From: Planctomycetia bacterium
GTDB taxonomy: Bacteria; Planctomycetota; Planctomycetia; Pirellulales; UBA1268
DNA: 64,000 bases
Assembly (NCBI GenBank): GCA_046343855.1
Contig: JBKDMX010000015.1
Span: 15,745 to 79,744, forward strand
Reading direction: 5' to 3'
Shown here: positions 9,959 to 19,888 of the stretch, piece after piece
Position numbering within the stretch: position 1 is the first letter of the stretch
Layout: each line of letters opens with the position of its first letter
The notes under the pieces: model-generated
Seen by the model: only the letters and a program-made list of their open reading frames with translations
What the model was told of the DNA's origin: nothing
Database searches by the model: none
Translations under genes and position numbers: made by a program

Positions 9959-10930
9959 TTATTCGCCGCGCAGGACCGCGAGCACGCGTTGCATGTCGGC
10001 GGGCAGCGGCGCCTCGAAGAGGAGCCGTGCGCCCGTGGCGGGATGATCGATCGCGAGGCTGGCGGCGTGGAGGGCCTGTCGCTCGATGAGCGGCGGGCCG
10101 GCCGGGCCGCCGAAGAACGAGCGATCGATGACCGTGCGGCCGCTGTAGAGGCCGTCGCAGAGCACCGGGCTGCCGATCGCCGCGAGGTGGACGCGGATCT
10201 GGTGCGTGCGTCCGGTCTTCGGCGTGACCCGCACGAGCGCCGCCCGGCCATACCGCTCGACCACCTCGAACCGGGTCACGGCCTCGCGGCTCGTCGAGTG
10301 GTCGCGGCGTACGGCCATCTTCTCCCGCTGATAGGGATGGATGCCGATCGGCAGGTTGATCTCGTCGCGGTCGAACTGCGGCTGCCCCTGCGTGATCGCG
10401 AGATAGGTTTTCTCCACCGAGCGCCGCTCGAACTGCTTGGCGAGCCGGTGATGGGCCTCTTCCGTGCGGGCCACCACGATCACGCCGCTGGTGTCGCGGT
10501 CGAGGCGATGCACGATGCCAGGCCGCGTGGGGCCGCCGGTCGTCGAGAGCCCGCCCGCGGCGCCTTCGGTATCGCGGCGCTCGAGGTGCCACTTGAGGGC
10601 CCCGGCCAGCGTGCCCTTCCAATTGCCCTTCGCCGGATGCACGACCATGCCCGCGGGCTTGTCGATGGCCGCCATCCATTCGTCGAGATGGAGGAAGTCG
10701 AGCGGGATCTCCTCGGCGTCGGGGCCGGCCCGTGGCGGCTCCGGCACCCGGAAGCACACGAGCGATCCCGGCCGCAGCTTCACCGAGGCGCGGGCCACGA
10801 CGCCGTCCACCCGCACCGCGCCCTTGTCGATCGCGCGAGCGAGAAACGAGCGGCTCTGTCCGGGAAACTCGCGGGCCAGAAAGACATCGAGGCGAAGACC
10901 TGCAGCACCCTCGTCCACCGTCCACGTCAC
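9959..10930 (-). CDS. rluD: RluA/RluD-family pseudouridine synthase with S4 domain
   Basis: RLDVFLA, DKPAGMVVHP, catalytic GIVHRLDRDTSG, TGRTHQIRVH, RQALHA. Start uncertain: GTG at 10930 or CTG at 10972 after AGGAG. Confidence 0.9.
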   Translation of the reverse strand: MTWTVDEGAAGLRLDVFLAREFPGQSRSFLARAIDKGAVRVDGVVARASVKLRPGSLVCFRVPEPPRAGPDAEEIPLDFLHLDEWMAAIDKPAGMVVHPAKGNWKGTLAGALKWHLERRDTEGAAGGLSTTGGPTRPGIVHRLDRDTSGVIVVARTEEAHHRLAKQFERRSVEKTYLAITQGQPQFDRDEINLPIGIHPYQREKMAVRRDHSTSREAVTRFEVVERYGRAALVRVTPKTGRTHQIRVHLAAIGSPVLCDGLYSGRTVIDRSFFGGPAGPPLIERQALHAASLAIDHPATGARLLFEAPLPADMQRVLAVLRGE

Positions 10931-10992
10931 CTCTTCGCCGGCCTGCGGCTGACGGGGGAGCGGCGTGTCCAGGGGCTTACTCCTGCAGGAGC

Positions 10993-11769
10993 TCACTCCT
11001 GCTTGTCTTGAGGCTTGTCTTGAGCTTTTTCTTGCGGCTTGTCGGCCGACGGCTGCTGCGGCGGCACGATCTTCTGCGCCGCAAACCAATCATACCACTG
11101 TCGGGAGGACTCCCGGCCGAGTTCCGCAGCATGGTCGGTGGCCAGTCGGGCAAGCGCGCCGGTGGGGAATTCCGCCGCGACGGCGGCATAGCCCCGCCGC
11201 GCCTCGTCGAGTTGTCCCAGGCTCTCGCGGGCCTTCGCGAGCCCAAACGTGGCTCGCTCCGCCAGCATGCCGGAAGGCCTGGTGCCGAGGATCGCACTGT
11301 AGAGATCGACGGCGGCCTGGAGCCGCGGCGTCGCGCGGTCCTTGTCGGCAAAGAGGAGTTCGGTGCCTTCGGTGAGGGCCATGTCGGCGAGCACGAGCCG
11401 CGACCATTCGGCCGCCGGCGTGCCCGGATACCGGCGGAGCACCTCGTCGAACGACTGCACCTCGCCGCTGGAGAGGCCGGCGAGATAGGCATCCCAGCTC
11501 TGCGACCGCGTGGCGGCCGACTGCGACGACACGAGCACCCAGCCGACCGCGGCAAGCAGGAGCCCGGCCGCCGCGAGCAGGAGCGTGTTCATGTGGGGCC
11601 GCAGGCGGTCGATGAACTCGACCGTCTTCTCGGCCAGGTCGTTGTCGCGGATTTCTGGATCGGCCTGCAGATCGTCCAGGCCAATGCCGTGCTGGCGGTC
11701 ATGATCGTGATCGTGCTCACGATCATGTTGGTGGTGCCGGTTGCCCGAATGCCTGCCGCGCGTCGCCAT
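10993..11769 (-). CDS. Single-TM tetratricopeptide-repeat protein (YfgM-like) with His/Asp-rich N-terminus
   Basis: GGAAGGAG RBS, one TM helix, TPR-like ATFGLAKARESLGQLDEARRGY...FP. Confidence 0.7.
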   Translation of the reverse strand: MATRGRHSGNRHHQHDREHDHDHDRQHGIGLDDLQADPEIRDNDLAEKTVEFIDRLRPHMNTLLLAAAGLLLAAVGWVLVSSQSAATRSQSWDAYLAGLSSGEVQSFDEVLRRYPGTPAAEWSRLVLADMALTEGTELLFADKDRATPRLQAAVDLYSAILGTRPSGMLAERATFGLAKARESLGQLDEARRGYAAVAAEFPTGALARLATDHAAELGRESSRQWYDWFAAQKIVPPQQPSADKPQEKAQDKPQDKQE

Positions 11770-11905
11770 GAATGACTCCTTCCAAATGGAATCGGGCAAA
11801 TAGAAACTTCCTCACCGAATGCGTCAAGGTGATCACCGTGCGGCGGCGCGAGGCTGCGTGTGGTACATTCCCGGTCTCCCGCTCTTCTTCGTGGAAAACC
11901 GCCCG

Positions 11906-13933
11906 ATGCAACTGAATCCGGCCCAGTCGCAGGCCGTCAACGCCCCCGTCGGGCCGCTGCTCGTGCTGGCCGGCGCCGGCACCGGGAAGACCCGCGTCGT
12001 CATCGCCCGCATCGCCCATCTCGTGCGCCGGGGCGCCCGCCCCGCGCGGATTCTCGCCGTCACCTTTACGAACAAGGCTGCCCGCGAGATGATCGCCCGC
12101 GCCGGCAAGCTCCTCGGGAAGTCGGCGGATGAGCAGCCGGAGATTTCCACGATCCACTCGCTCTGCGTGCGGATCTTGCGGCGTCATGCGACGGTGCTCG
12201 GCTACCCCGCGCGGTTTGCGATCATCGACCGCGGCGAGCAGGAGTCGATCGCCCGCAAGGTGCTCAAGGAGCTCAAGGTGGCCGAGGCCGTGTTGCGGCC
12301 GGGCGACCTCATCGATCGGATCAGCCGCTGGAAGAGCGCGGCCGTCCGCCCCGACTCCGCGTTCGACACGATCGCCGCCGACGCCCCGGAAGCCTGGACG
12401 CTCGCCGCGGCGGGCTATCGGCGATACCAGCACGCCCTGCGGACGGCCGGTGCCGTCGACTTCGACGATCTCCTGCTCGTGGTCGAGGAGCTCTTCACCA
12501 ACCACGAAGACGTCCGCCGCGCCGAGGCGGGCCGCTTCGACCACATCCTCGTCGACGAATACCAGGATACGAGCGGCATCCAGGAGCGGATCCTCTCGGC
12601 GCTCGCCCGCGACCACAAAAGCATCTGTGTCGTGGGGGACGACGACCAATCGATCTACGCCTGGCGCGGAGCGCAGATCTCCCACATCCTGGAGTTTCCG
12701 CAGCGCTGGCGCGGGGCGACGGTGGTGCGGCTCGAGGAGAACTACCGCTCGACGCCGGAGATCATCCAGGCCGCCAACCAGCTCATCTCCTGCAACACCC
12801 GCCGCCACGGCAAGACGCTCATCTCGAAGGCGGCCTCGGGGCTGCCCCCCGCGATCGTGCAGGCGCAGGACGAGCTCGACGAGGCCCGCCGCGTGGTGAG
12901 CGACGTCGAGGGGCGGCTGCGCGAGGGGGAGGTGGCGCCGAGCGAGGCCGTGATCCTCGTGCGCACCGGCGAGCAGACCCGCGTCTTCGAGCAGGAGCTG
13001 CGGCGCCGCAGCGTTCCGTATGAACTGATCGGCAGCCGCTCCTTCTTCGACCGCCGCGAGGTGAAGGACGTGATGTCGTTCCTGCGGCTCCTCGTGGATC
13101 CCGACGACGACATGGCGCTGGCGCGGATCGCCAACGTGCCGCCGCGCGGCCTCTCCACGCATGCGCTCGATCTGGCCCGCACCGCCGCGGCGGCCGCGGG
13201 CACGAGCGTCTGGCAGGAGCTGCTCGCCGCGCGTTCCGCCGGCCGGATTTCATCGGTGGCCGCGGGAGGCGTGACGGCCCTGGAGCGGCTCGTCGCGCTC
13301 GGGCGGCCCAGCCAGCCGCAGCCGGCGGCGGACATTGCGCGGGCGCTCCTGGCCGGGGTTGGGTACCAGCACTTCCTCGCCAAGGAATACGACGACCCGG
13401 CCGAGCAGGAATCGCGGTGGAACTACGTCGAAGAACTCGTCAACGCGCTGGCCGAGCACGAGCGCACGCACCGCGGCACACGGGACTTCGCCCACACGGT
13501 GCGGGAGTTTCTCGACGACCTCGTGCTCGACGTCCAGGAAGCGGAACGGTTTCAAGACGACAAGCCGCGGGGCAACGTGCTGCGGCTGATGACGCTGCAC
13601 GCGGCGAAGGGGCTCGAGTTCGACCAGGTCTGGATGGTGGGCATGGAGGAGGGCCTTCTGCCCCATCATCGCTCGCTCGGCGACGGGCTCGAGGCGATCG
13701 CGGAGGAGCGGCGGCTTTGCTACGTGGGCGTGACCCGCGCGAAGAAGCGGCTCTCGCTCTCGCTGTGCCTGACGCGGATGAAGTGGGGCAAGAGCCGTCC
13801 CGGCCGCCCGAGCCGGTTTCTCTACGAACTCACCGGGCAGGCCGACAAGTTCACGGAACAGCCCGCCGAGCCCGCGAAGGCCCCGGCCGGCAAGAAACCG
13901 CCAGCCCGCGGCAAACGCGCCGCACGAAAGTAA
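11906..13933 (+). CDS. SF1 ATP-dependent DNA helicase, UvrD/PcrA/Rep family
   Basis: LNPAQ, AGAGTGKT, VTFTNKAA, DEYQD, VGDDDQSIYAWRGA, NYRS, MTLHAAKGLEF, EERRLCYVGVTRA. Confidence 0.95.
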   Translation: MQLNPAQSQAVNAPVGPLLVLAGAGTGKTRVVIARIAHLVRRGARPARILAVTFTNKAAREMIARAGKLLGKSADEQPEISTIHSLCVRILRRHATVLGYPARFAIIDRGEQESIARKVLKELKVAEAVLRPGDLIDRISRWKSAAVRPDSAFDTIAADAPEAWTLAAAGYRRYQHALRTAGAVDFDDLLLVVEELFTNHEDVRRAEAGRFDHILVDEYQDTSGIQERILSALARDHKSICVVGDDDQSIYAWRGAQISHILEFPQRWRGATVVRLEENYRSTPEIIQAANQLISCNTRRHGKTLISKAASGLPPAIVQAQDELDEARRVVSDVEGRLREGEVAPSEAVILVRTGEQTRVFEQELRRRSVPYELIGSRSFFDRREVKDVMSFLRLLVDPDDDMALARIANVPPRGLSTHALDLARTAAAAAGTSVWQELLAARSAGRISSVAAGGVTALERLVALGRPSQPQPAADIARALLAGVGYQHFLAKEYDDPAEQESRWNYVEELVNALAEHERTHRGTRDFAHTVREFLDDLVLDVQEAERFQDDKPRGNVLRLMTLHAAKGLEFDQVWMVGMEEGLLPHHRSLGDGLEAIAEERRLCYVGVTRAKKRLSLSLCLTRMKWGKSRPGRPSRFLYELTGQADKFTEQPAEPAKAPAGKKPPARGKRAARK

Positions 13934-14127
13934 ACCGCTTGCAAAGTAGACCGCTTGCTCCGCAAGCGGTCTACTTTGCTCGAAGCGGTCTACGGGGGAG
14001 GCGAAGGGATCGGCGGAAGCTCGACGAGCGTTAGGAACTTTCGACCTTCTGAGGAAGGAATCGCCGTAGGTCGTCAGTGGAGAAAGTTTCTCCGCGAGGA
14101 GACTTCTGCCGTCCCTGAGCCGGCGCG
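13930..14127 (-). repeat. Repeat mosaic: REP-C cluster (13930-13993) and long variant of element D (13994-14127)
   Basis: Perfect 18-bp-arm palindrome GCAAAGTAGACCGCTTGC-TCC-GCAAGCGGTCTACTTTGC at 13941-13979. D arms flank an expanded middle. Confidence 0.85.
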
Positions 14128-14922
14128 CTACCCATCGACGCCATCATCCTCACCAAGCAGCAGCATCGCGCGCGGAAGCGTCGAATCGATGACCCGCGAG
14201 AGGGCGATCACGAAGCCATCCGGTCCGTCGCGCCAGCCGCCCTGCAGCAGATACGCCTTCGCGAAAGCCATCGCGCCGCGCCAGGGCATCGTCCAGCCGC
14301 TCGCGCGTTGCCCCTTGCCGCGCATGATGCCCGCCTTCAGCCGGGCATAGCGGATGGATCGCAGCAGCACCGCGGCGGTGTCGTCGAAACTGTAGTGCAG
14401 GATCGAGCCCGGCAGCGGCTGCGGCGGCCGCGAACTGCGCACCTCTTCGTGCACGGCATGCGTCGTGAATCCGGCGGTGGTGCGGTTGAACAGCCGCAAG
14501 ACGCGCTCCCCCCCCCAGGGGCCATGCCGCACCTCGCGGCGGCCTATGAACGTGCAACGCGTGAGCGACCAGCAGCGGACCGGATCATCGTGCTTGCCAC
14601 GCTCGCCGAGGTCGAGCCGGGCGATGGCGGCGGCCGCGGCGTCGTCGAGCACCTCGTCGGCGTCGAGCGAGAGAATCCAGTCGTGGGCGGCCAGTTCCAC
14701 GGCCCGGCGCTTCTGCGGCCCGTAGCCGAGGAACGGCTGCTGCTCCACGCGGGCCCCGGCGGCCCGGGCGATCTCCAGCGTGGCGTCGGCCGAGCCGGAG
14801 TCGAGCACGAGCATTTCGGCGCAGAAGGAAACGCTCGCGAGCGCGGCGGCGAGCCCCTTGGCGGCGTCTCGCGTGATCACCACGGCCGAGATCGGCAGCC
14901 GGTCGGTGGCGGTCGCGTTCAT
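14128..14922 (-). CDS. Glycosyltransferase family 2 (WaaE/KdtX-like)
   Basis: ISAVVIT, LDSGS.D.T, WILSLDADE, RLFNR, VHE, ILHYS. Confidence 0.88.
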   Translation of the reverse strand: MNATATDRLPISAVVITRDAAKGLAAALASVSFCAEMLVLDSGSADATLEIARAAGARVEQQPFLGYGPQKRRAVELAAHDWILSLDADEVLDDAAAAAIARLDLGERGKHDDPVRCWSLTRCTFIGRREVRHGPWGGERVLRLFNRTTAGFTTHAVHEEVRSSRPPQPLPGSILHYSFDDTAAVLLRSIRYARLKAGIMRGKGQRASGWTMPWRGAMAFAKAYLLQGGWRDGPDGFVIALSRVIDSTLPRAMLLLGEDDGVDG

Positions 14923-16631
14923 GACGGCGGGCCGTCGTCAGGATCGCCTGCGGGGAACATGGTCTGCCCCGGCTCCGCGCCCTCGGCCGCCTCCTGCAGG
15001 GGAAATTCAAGCGTGAACGTACTGCCCTCGCCCGGCACGCTCGTCGCGACGATGTCGCCGCCGTGTTCGCGGAGGATCTTCCGGCTCACGGTGAGCCCGA
15101 GGCCGGTGCCGCGGGAGCCCTTCGTCGAGACGAAGAGATTGAAGACAGTGGCGAGCGTCTCGGCGTCCATGCCCTGGCCGTTGTCGGCGACGACGATCCG
15201 CACGAGCTTCGCCTCACGGTCTGCGGAAACCTCGATCGCAACCCGGGGGTCCGGCCGGTTTTCCACGGCGTCGAGCGCATTGCTCACGACGTTCAGCACC
15301 GCGCGGGAGATGCCGTCGGGGTCGAAGACCAGCCAGGGGAGGTCGTCGGGCGGGGTCCAGCGGATCGTCGTGCCGGCCTCGTCGGCCCGCTGCTGCACGG
15401 TCTCGACGATGTCGGTGACGAGCCCCGCCAGATCGGACGGCACGGGATCGGGCTCCCGCTCCTTGCTGAAGGAGAGCATGTCCATCACGAGCGACGAGAT
15501 CTTGTTTTGATTGCGGGTGACGATGTCCCAGCCCTTGCGGAGCACCGCCAGGTCTTCGTTTTCCAGCCCCATTTCCACGAGATAGCTGCCGCCCCGGATG
15601 CCCTGCAGGATGTTCTTGATGTGGTGGGAGAGCGTGGCGATCGTCTGCCCCACGCCCGCCAGCCGCTCCGACTGCACCATCGCAGAGTAGTAGGTCGTGT
15701 CTTCGACGGCGAGCGCGGCCTGATGGCCGATCGCGATCATGAGCTTCAGGTGTTCGTCGGTGAACCGCCTCTGCCCCGTCTCGATCGACTCCGTCAGCGG
15801 CACCATCGTGTCGACGTAGATCACGCCCACGGTGCCGTAGCGGCCCTGCATCGGCACGCAGATCGCTTCGCGGATGCCCGACCGCAAGACGCTGTTGCCC
15901 GAACTGAAGCGGTCGTCGTCCTGGGCGTCGCTCGTGAGCACGCCCTCGCCGCGGTCGAGCACGTAGTCGAGGATGGTGCGGCTGATCGCCATCGAGGTGG
16001 TGTCGCCCACCGTGCGGTCGCGGCGGGCCTTCGTCCTGAGTTGCCGCGTTTCGGTGTCGAGCAGCATCACGCAGCCGCGGTCGGCGCCCACCCATTCAAA
16101 GACGAGCTGCAGGACTCGGCCGAGAAGTTCGTCGATGTCGAGCGTGTGGCTCACGGCCATGGCCGTGCGATACATCACCTGCACATTGCTGCGGGCCCGC
16201 GCGAGCCAGCGGTTTTGCGTGTCGTCGGGGGAGAAGAGGCCGATCTCGTCTTCGTCCTCGCGGATGGCCCGCACGATCCGCGACGCCTCGTGGGCGTCGG
16301 GGGGCACGATGTCCACCGTGCCGGCCGAAGGGACCGCGTCGTCCTTGGAATAGACGAGGATCGTGCGGCCGATCTGGATCTGGTCGCCGCTCGAGAGCTC
16401 CGCCCGCTCCACCTTCCGATTGTTGAGGTAGGTGCCGTTGGAGCTCTTCAGGTCGCCGACGACGAAGCCCGGGCCCACGCGGCGAATCTCCGCGTGGCGG
16501 CGGGAGACCTCGTTGTCGTCGAGCCGCACCAGGTTGCCCGCCTCGCGGCCGATGGTCACCGCCCCCTCGTGGGCGGCGAGGTCGTAACGCGTTCCCTTGT
16601 TGAAACCCTGGATGACGAACAGCGACGGCAC
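14919..16631 (-). CDS. FHA-GAF sensor histidine kinase
   Basis: FHA motifs (IGR, VSRRHA, SSNGT), GAF motifs (CVPM, GVIYVD), H-box LSHHIKNIL, NALDA, DNGQGM, GTGLGL. Confidence 0.92.
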   Translation of the reverse strand: MPSLFVIQGFNKGTRYDLAAHEGAVTIGREAGNLVRLDDNEVSRRHAEIRRVGPGFVVGDLKSSNGTYLNNRKVERAELSSGDQIQIGRTILVYSKDDAVPSAGTVDIVPPDAHEASRIVRAIREDEDEIGLFSPDDTQNRWLARARSNVQVMYRTAMAVSHTLDIDELLGRVLQLVFEWVGADRGCVMLLDTETRQLRTKARRDRTVGDTTSMAISRTILDYVLDRGEGVLTSDAQDDDRFSSGNSVLRSGIREAICVPMQGRYGTVGVIYVDTMVPLTESIETGQRRFTDEHLKLMIAIGHQAALAVEDTTYYSAMVQSERLAGVGQTIATLSHHIKNILQGIRGGSYLVEMGLENEDLAVLRKGWDIVTRNQNKISSLVMDMLSFSKEREPDPVPSDLAGLVTDIVETVQQRADEAGTTIRWTPPDDLPWLVFDPDGISRAVLNVVSNALDAVENRPDPRVAIEVSADREAKLVRIVVADNGQGMDAETLATVFNLFVSTKGSRGTGLGLTVSRKILREHGGDIVATSVPGEGSTFTLEFPLQEAAEGAEPGQTMFPAGDPDDGPPS

Positions 16632-16745
16632 GACGATACGCTCCTGCGAATTCCGGAAAACCGTTCGATTTTGTCACACGCGCCGCCCGGCGGGAAGCGG
16701 ATAGAATTGGTTTTGACCGGCTTCCGCTCCATTTGCGAGGGTTCC

Positions 16746-18620
16746 ATGAGTTTGGGTCGAGCGTTTCTCATCGCCGCCGCCTGTTCCGTCATGGTGCTGG
16801 CCACCGCCGCGGTTCGTGGACAGACCGCCGATGGCGGGGGCGACGATCCTGCCGCGCTCGTAGGCCGGCTGCGGTCGGCCGTCGAATGGCTCGCCGCGCC
16901 CGAGCGCGAAGGCCGCGGGCCGGGCACGAAGGGGATCGACCAGGCTGCTGATTGGGTCGCCGCAGAGCTGGCCGCGGCCGGCCTCGATACGACAGTGATC
17001 GGCGAAAGCCCCTACCAGCCGTTTGCCATGACGCTCGAGGCGAAGCTCGGTGCTGAGGAGGGCAACACCGCCGAACTCATCGGCCCGCCCGACGCGGATG
17101 GCCAGCCCGTGCGGCGAGCGCTCGAACTGGGCAAGGATTTCACGCCGCTGGCCGCCGGCGGATCGGGTCCCTTCGACCTGCCGCTCGTCTTCGCCGGTTT
17201 CGGCATCACGGCGCCGAAGGAGCACTACGACGACTACGCACCGCTCGGCCCCTCTGGCGCCAAGGGCGCCGCGGCGATCGTGCTCCGCCAGGAACCTCAG
17301 AAAGACAATCCGCACAGCGTCTTCGACGGCAATCAGGCCTCGCAATATGCGGCGCTGTCGCGGAAGGTGGCCAATGCCTCGGAGCACGAGGCCGGCGGAC
17401 TGATCTTTTGCAACGACGCCTCGGCCACCGACGACGCCCTGATGGCGTTCACCCGCGCCGGCGACGGCTCGGATCGCCGCACCATGCCGGTGCTGCAGGT
17501 GAGGCGAGAGGTGATCGACGGGCTCGTGAAGGAATCGCTCGGCAAGGACCTGGCGACGATCGAGAAGACGATCGACGAGAAGCTCGAGCCCGAGACGGCG
17601 CCGCTCACCGGCTGGCGGATCCGCGGCCGGGTGACGATCGAGCGGACGGAGACGGAAACGAAAAACATTCTCGCCATCCTGGCCGGCAAGCCAGGGGCGA
17701 CCGAGACGGTCGTGCTCGGCGCCCACTACGACCATCTCGGCTACGGCGGCGTCAACTCGGCGGCGCCGGGCGAGACGGCCGTGCATCACGGCGCCGACGA
17801 CACCGCCAGCGGCACCGCGATGCTCGTCGAGGTGGCGCGTCGGCTCGCGGCCGAGGCGGCGGCGAAGGGCCCCTTTCCGCGCACCATTCTCTTCGCGTCG
17901 TTTTCCGGCGAGGAGCGGGGGCTGCTCGGCAGCGCCCACTACACGGCCAATGCCGCGGTGCCGCTCGCGGAGACCGTCGCCATGGTCAATCTCGACATGG
18001 TCGGCCGGCTCGACGGCAACAAGGTGATCGTCCACGGCACGGGCACCGGCACCGGCCTCGACGCGCTCGTGGACAAGCTCGTCGGCGCGCACGCCTTCGA
18101 GGTGGCGAAGGAGCCGGGCGGCTTCGGTCCGAGCGACCACTCGAGCTTTTATGCGCGGAAGATTCCGGTGCTCCATCTCTTTACGGGCTCGCATTCCGAT
18201 TACCACCGGCCAACCGACACCGCCGAGAAGATCAACTACGACGGCATGGTGCGGATCACGGCGCTCGTCACCGACCTCGTGCGCGAGCTCGCCACGGCTC
18301 CCGAACGCCCCGCCTACATCGAGGTCGCCTCGAAGATGTTCGCCCGCGGTGGTGACCGGCCCTACTTTGGCAGCATCCCCGACTTCGGCAAGCCCGGGAA
18401 GGGCTACGCGATCACCGGCGTGACGAAGGATTCCCCTGCCGCCCGCGGCGGCCTCCAGGGGGGCGACATCATCGTGCGACTCGGCGACAGCGCCGTCACC
18501 GGCCTCGAAGACTTCGACAGCGCCCTGCGAAAGCACAAGGGCGGCGACACGGTGCCCGTCGTCGTGGTGCGAGACGGCGCCGAGGTCAAACTCGACGTGG
18601 TCCTCGACCCACCGAAGTAG
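16746..18620 (+). CDS. Secreted M28-family aminopeptidase with PA and C-terminal PDZ domains
   Basis: Signal peptide, GAHYDHLG, GADD.ASG, SGEERGLLGS, NLDMVGR, PSDH, DYHRPTD, C-terminal PDZ SPAARGGLQGGDII. Confidence 0.9.
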   Translation: MSLGRAFLIAAACSVMVLATAAVRGQTADGGGDDPAALVGRLRSAVEWLAAPEREGRGPGTKGIDQAADWVAAELAAAGLDTTVIGESPYQPFAMTLEAKLGAEEGNTAELIGPPDADGQPVRRALELGKDFTPLAAGGSGPFDLPLVFAGFGITAPKEHYDDYAPLGPSGAKGAAAIVLRQEPQKDNPHSVFDGNQASQYAALSRKVANASEHEAGGLIFCNDASATDDALMAFTRAGDGSDRRTMPVLQVRREVIDGLVKESLGKDLATIEKTIDEKLEPETAPLTGWRIRGRVTIERTETETKNILAILAGKPGATETVVLGAHYDHLGYGGVNSAAPGETAVHHGADDTASGTAMLVEVARRLAAEAAAKGPFPRTILFASFSGEERGLLGSAHYTANAAVPLAETVAMVNLDMVGRLDGNKVIVHGTGTGTGLDALVDKLVGAHAFEVAKEPGGFGPSDHSSFYARKIPVLHLFTGSHSDYHRPTDTAEKINYDGMVRITALVTDLVRELATAPERPAYIEVASKMFARGGDRPYFGSIPDFGKPGKGYAITGVTKDSPAARGGLQGGDIIVRLGDSAVTGLEDFDSALRKHKGGDTVPVVVVRDGAEVKLDVVLDPPK

Positions 18621-18622
18621 CC

Positions 18623-18883
18623 GTAGACCGCTTCGTCCCGAAGCGGATCCCCTGCCTGTTATCCGTCGTCAACTCGCCCAACCCGGCCCGGGGCTGCCTG
18701 TACCCTCTCGGCGGACGTTCGCTGCGGACATCCTGTCCTCCGCTCACTGCATGTCCGCTCGCTTCGGCATCCTGCCTACGCTCGCTCCCATAGCCCGCGA
18801 GAAGGTACAGGCAGCCCGGGCCTTCCCGCTTTCCAGGTAGGGCAGGCTTCAGCCTGCCTGGAACAGGCTGAAGCCTGTCCTAC
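18623..18883. repeat. Repeat mosaic: REP-C (18623-18646), element F (18685-18822), inverted REP-A doublet (18837-18883)
   Basis: F has ~25-bp inverted ends (GGCCCGGGGCTGCCTGTACC / GGTACAGGCAGCCCGGGCC) and, on the minus strand, GGC-AGGAT-GCC and GGAC-AGGAT-GTCC hairpins. Confidence 0.85.
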
Positions 18884-18888
18884 TAGAG

Positions 18889-19054
18889 CGGGAGGCTTCG
18901 GGTGACCCGTGCCCCGGGAGCCGGCGTATGCCGCCAAGCGCAGCCAGGATGGCGAAGCGCAGGCGGCATCCGAGCGAGCGGAGGGCATGGATGCCCGAAG
19001 CGAGCGTCCGGCGACGGGGTACGGGTCACCCGAAGCCGGGTTGAACCAGTTGAT
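18889..19054 (+). repeat. Family E structured repeat, copy 2 (core 18894-19037)
   Basis: Near-identical to 306-471, with compensatory substitutions. Confidence 0.9.
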
Positions 19055-19198
19055 GCCAGACAGCCAGCAAGCCCCCGGAAACACGCATTCTTCGCCGTGT
19101 TTTTTGCCCTTGAGCCAGCAAGGAGCGCCTGACATGATCCCGCCCGCTGCGGTCGCCCCGCATGCCCCTAACGTCAATCCAAGCAAGGAGTGCTTTCC

Positions 19199-19849
19199 GT
19201 GAAGTCGCAACTGGCAAGCGTCGTGTGTGTGGGCCTGATGGCCGTGGTCGAGGTCTCCGCGTTTGCCCAGGTGCCCGGCCAGATTCCGGCCGCGCAGGCT
19301 CCTGCCGCCCAGGCGCACTCCGCCGGCCCGGCGACCGCCGTTGCGGTGATCGACGTCGGCTACATCTTCAAGAACCATGCCGGATTCAAGGCCGCGATGG
19401 ACAGGATGAAGGACGAGGTGATGGCCGCCGAGAATGGCCTCAAGTCGGAACGCGACCGGATCAACGGCCTCATGGAGCAGATCAAGGGCTTCAACGTGGG
19501 CACGCCGGAATACAAGAAGCTCGAGGCCGAGATCGCCAAGGCGCAAGGCGATTTCAACGTCAACGCCCAGCTGCAGAAAAAGGACTTCATGGACCGCGAG
19601 GCGAAGGTCTATCTGCAGGTGTACTCCCAGATCGAGAAGGCCGTGGAGCAGTTCGCCCGCGAGCACCGGATCGCCGTCGTGCACCGGTTCGACGGCGAGC
19701 CGGTCGACAACAGCGACCGCAATCAGATCCTGCGCGGCATCACCAAGCCGATCGTCTACCTGGAGCCCGGCATCGACATCACGCCGGACGTCCTCAAGAT
19801 GCTCAACGGCCCGGCTGTCGCCGGCGCTCCGGCGCCCCGCACCCGCTAG
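19199..19849 (+). CDS. skp: OmpH/Skp periplasmic chaperone
   Basis: AAGGAG RBS, signal peptide, VAVIDVGYIF, coiled coil, C-terminal DITPDVL. Precedes lpxC-lpxA. Confidence 0.85.
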   Translation: MKSQLASVVCVGLMAVVEVSAFAQVPGQIPAAQAPAAQAHSAGPATAVAVIDVGYIFKNHAGFKAAMDRMKDEVMAAENGLKSERDRINGLMEQIKGFNVGTPEYKKLEAEIAKAQGDFNVNAQLQKKDFMDREAKVYLQVYSQIEKAVEQFAREHRIAVVHRFDGEPVDNSDRNQILRGITKPIVYLEPGIDITPDVLKMLNGPAVAGAPAPRTR

Positions 19850-19888
19850 TCGTCCGCATCCGGTTCAAGCCGCCCTGCGGGCTTCGTC

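Noticed and set aside
17785..17815. M28 motif GADDTASG instead of GADDNASG
   Set aside because: Single AAC>ACC change; metal ligands are otherwise intact; may be an error or neutral.
18902..19202. Short ORFs inside repeat elements (e.g. MPREPAYAAKRSQDGE at 326 and 18909)
   Set aside because: Their similarity comes from the DNA repeat; substitutions preserve base pairing rather than codons, and the frames diverge outside the element.
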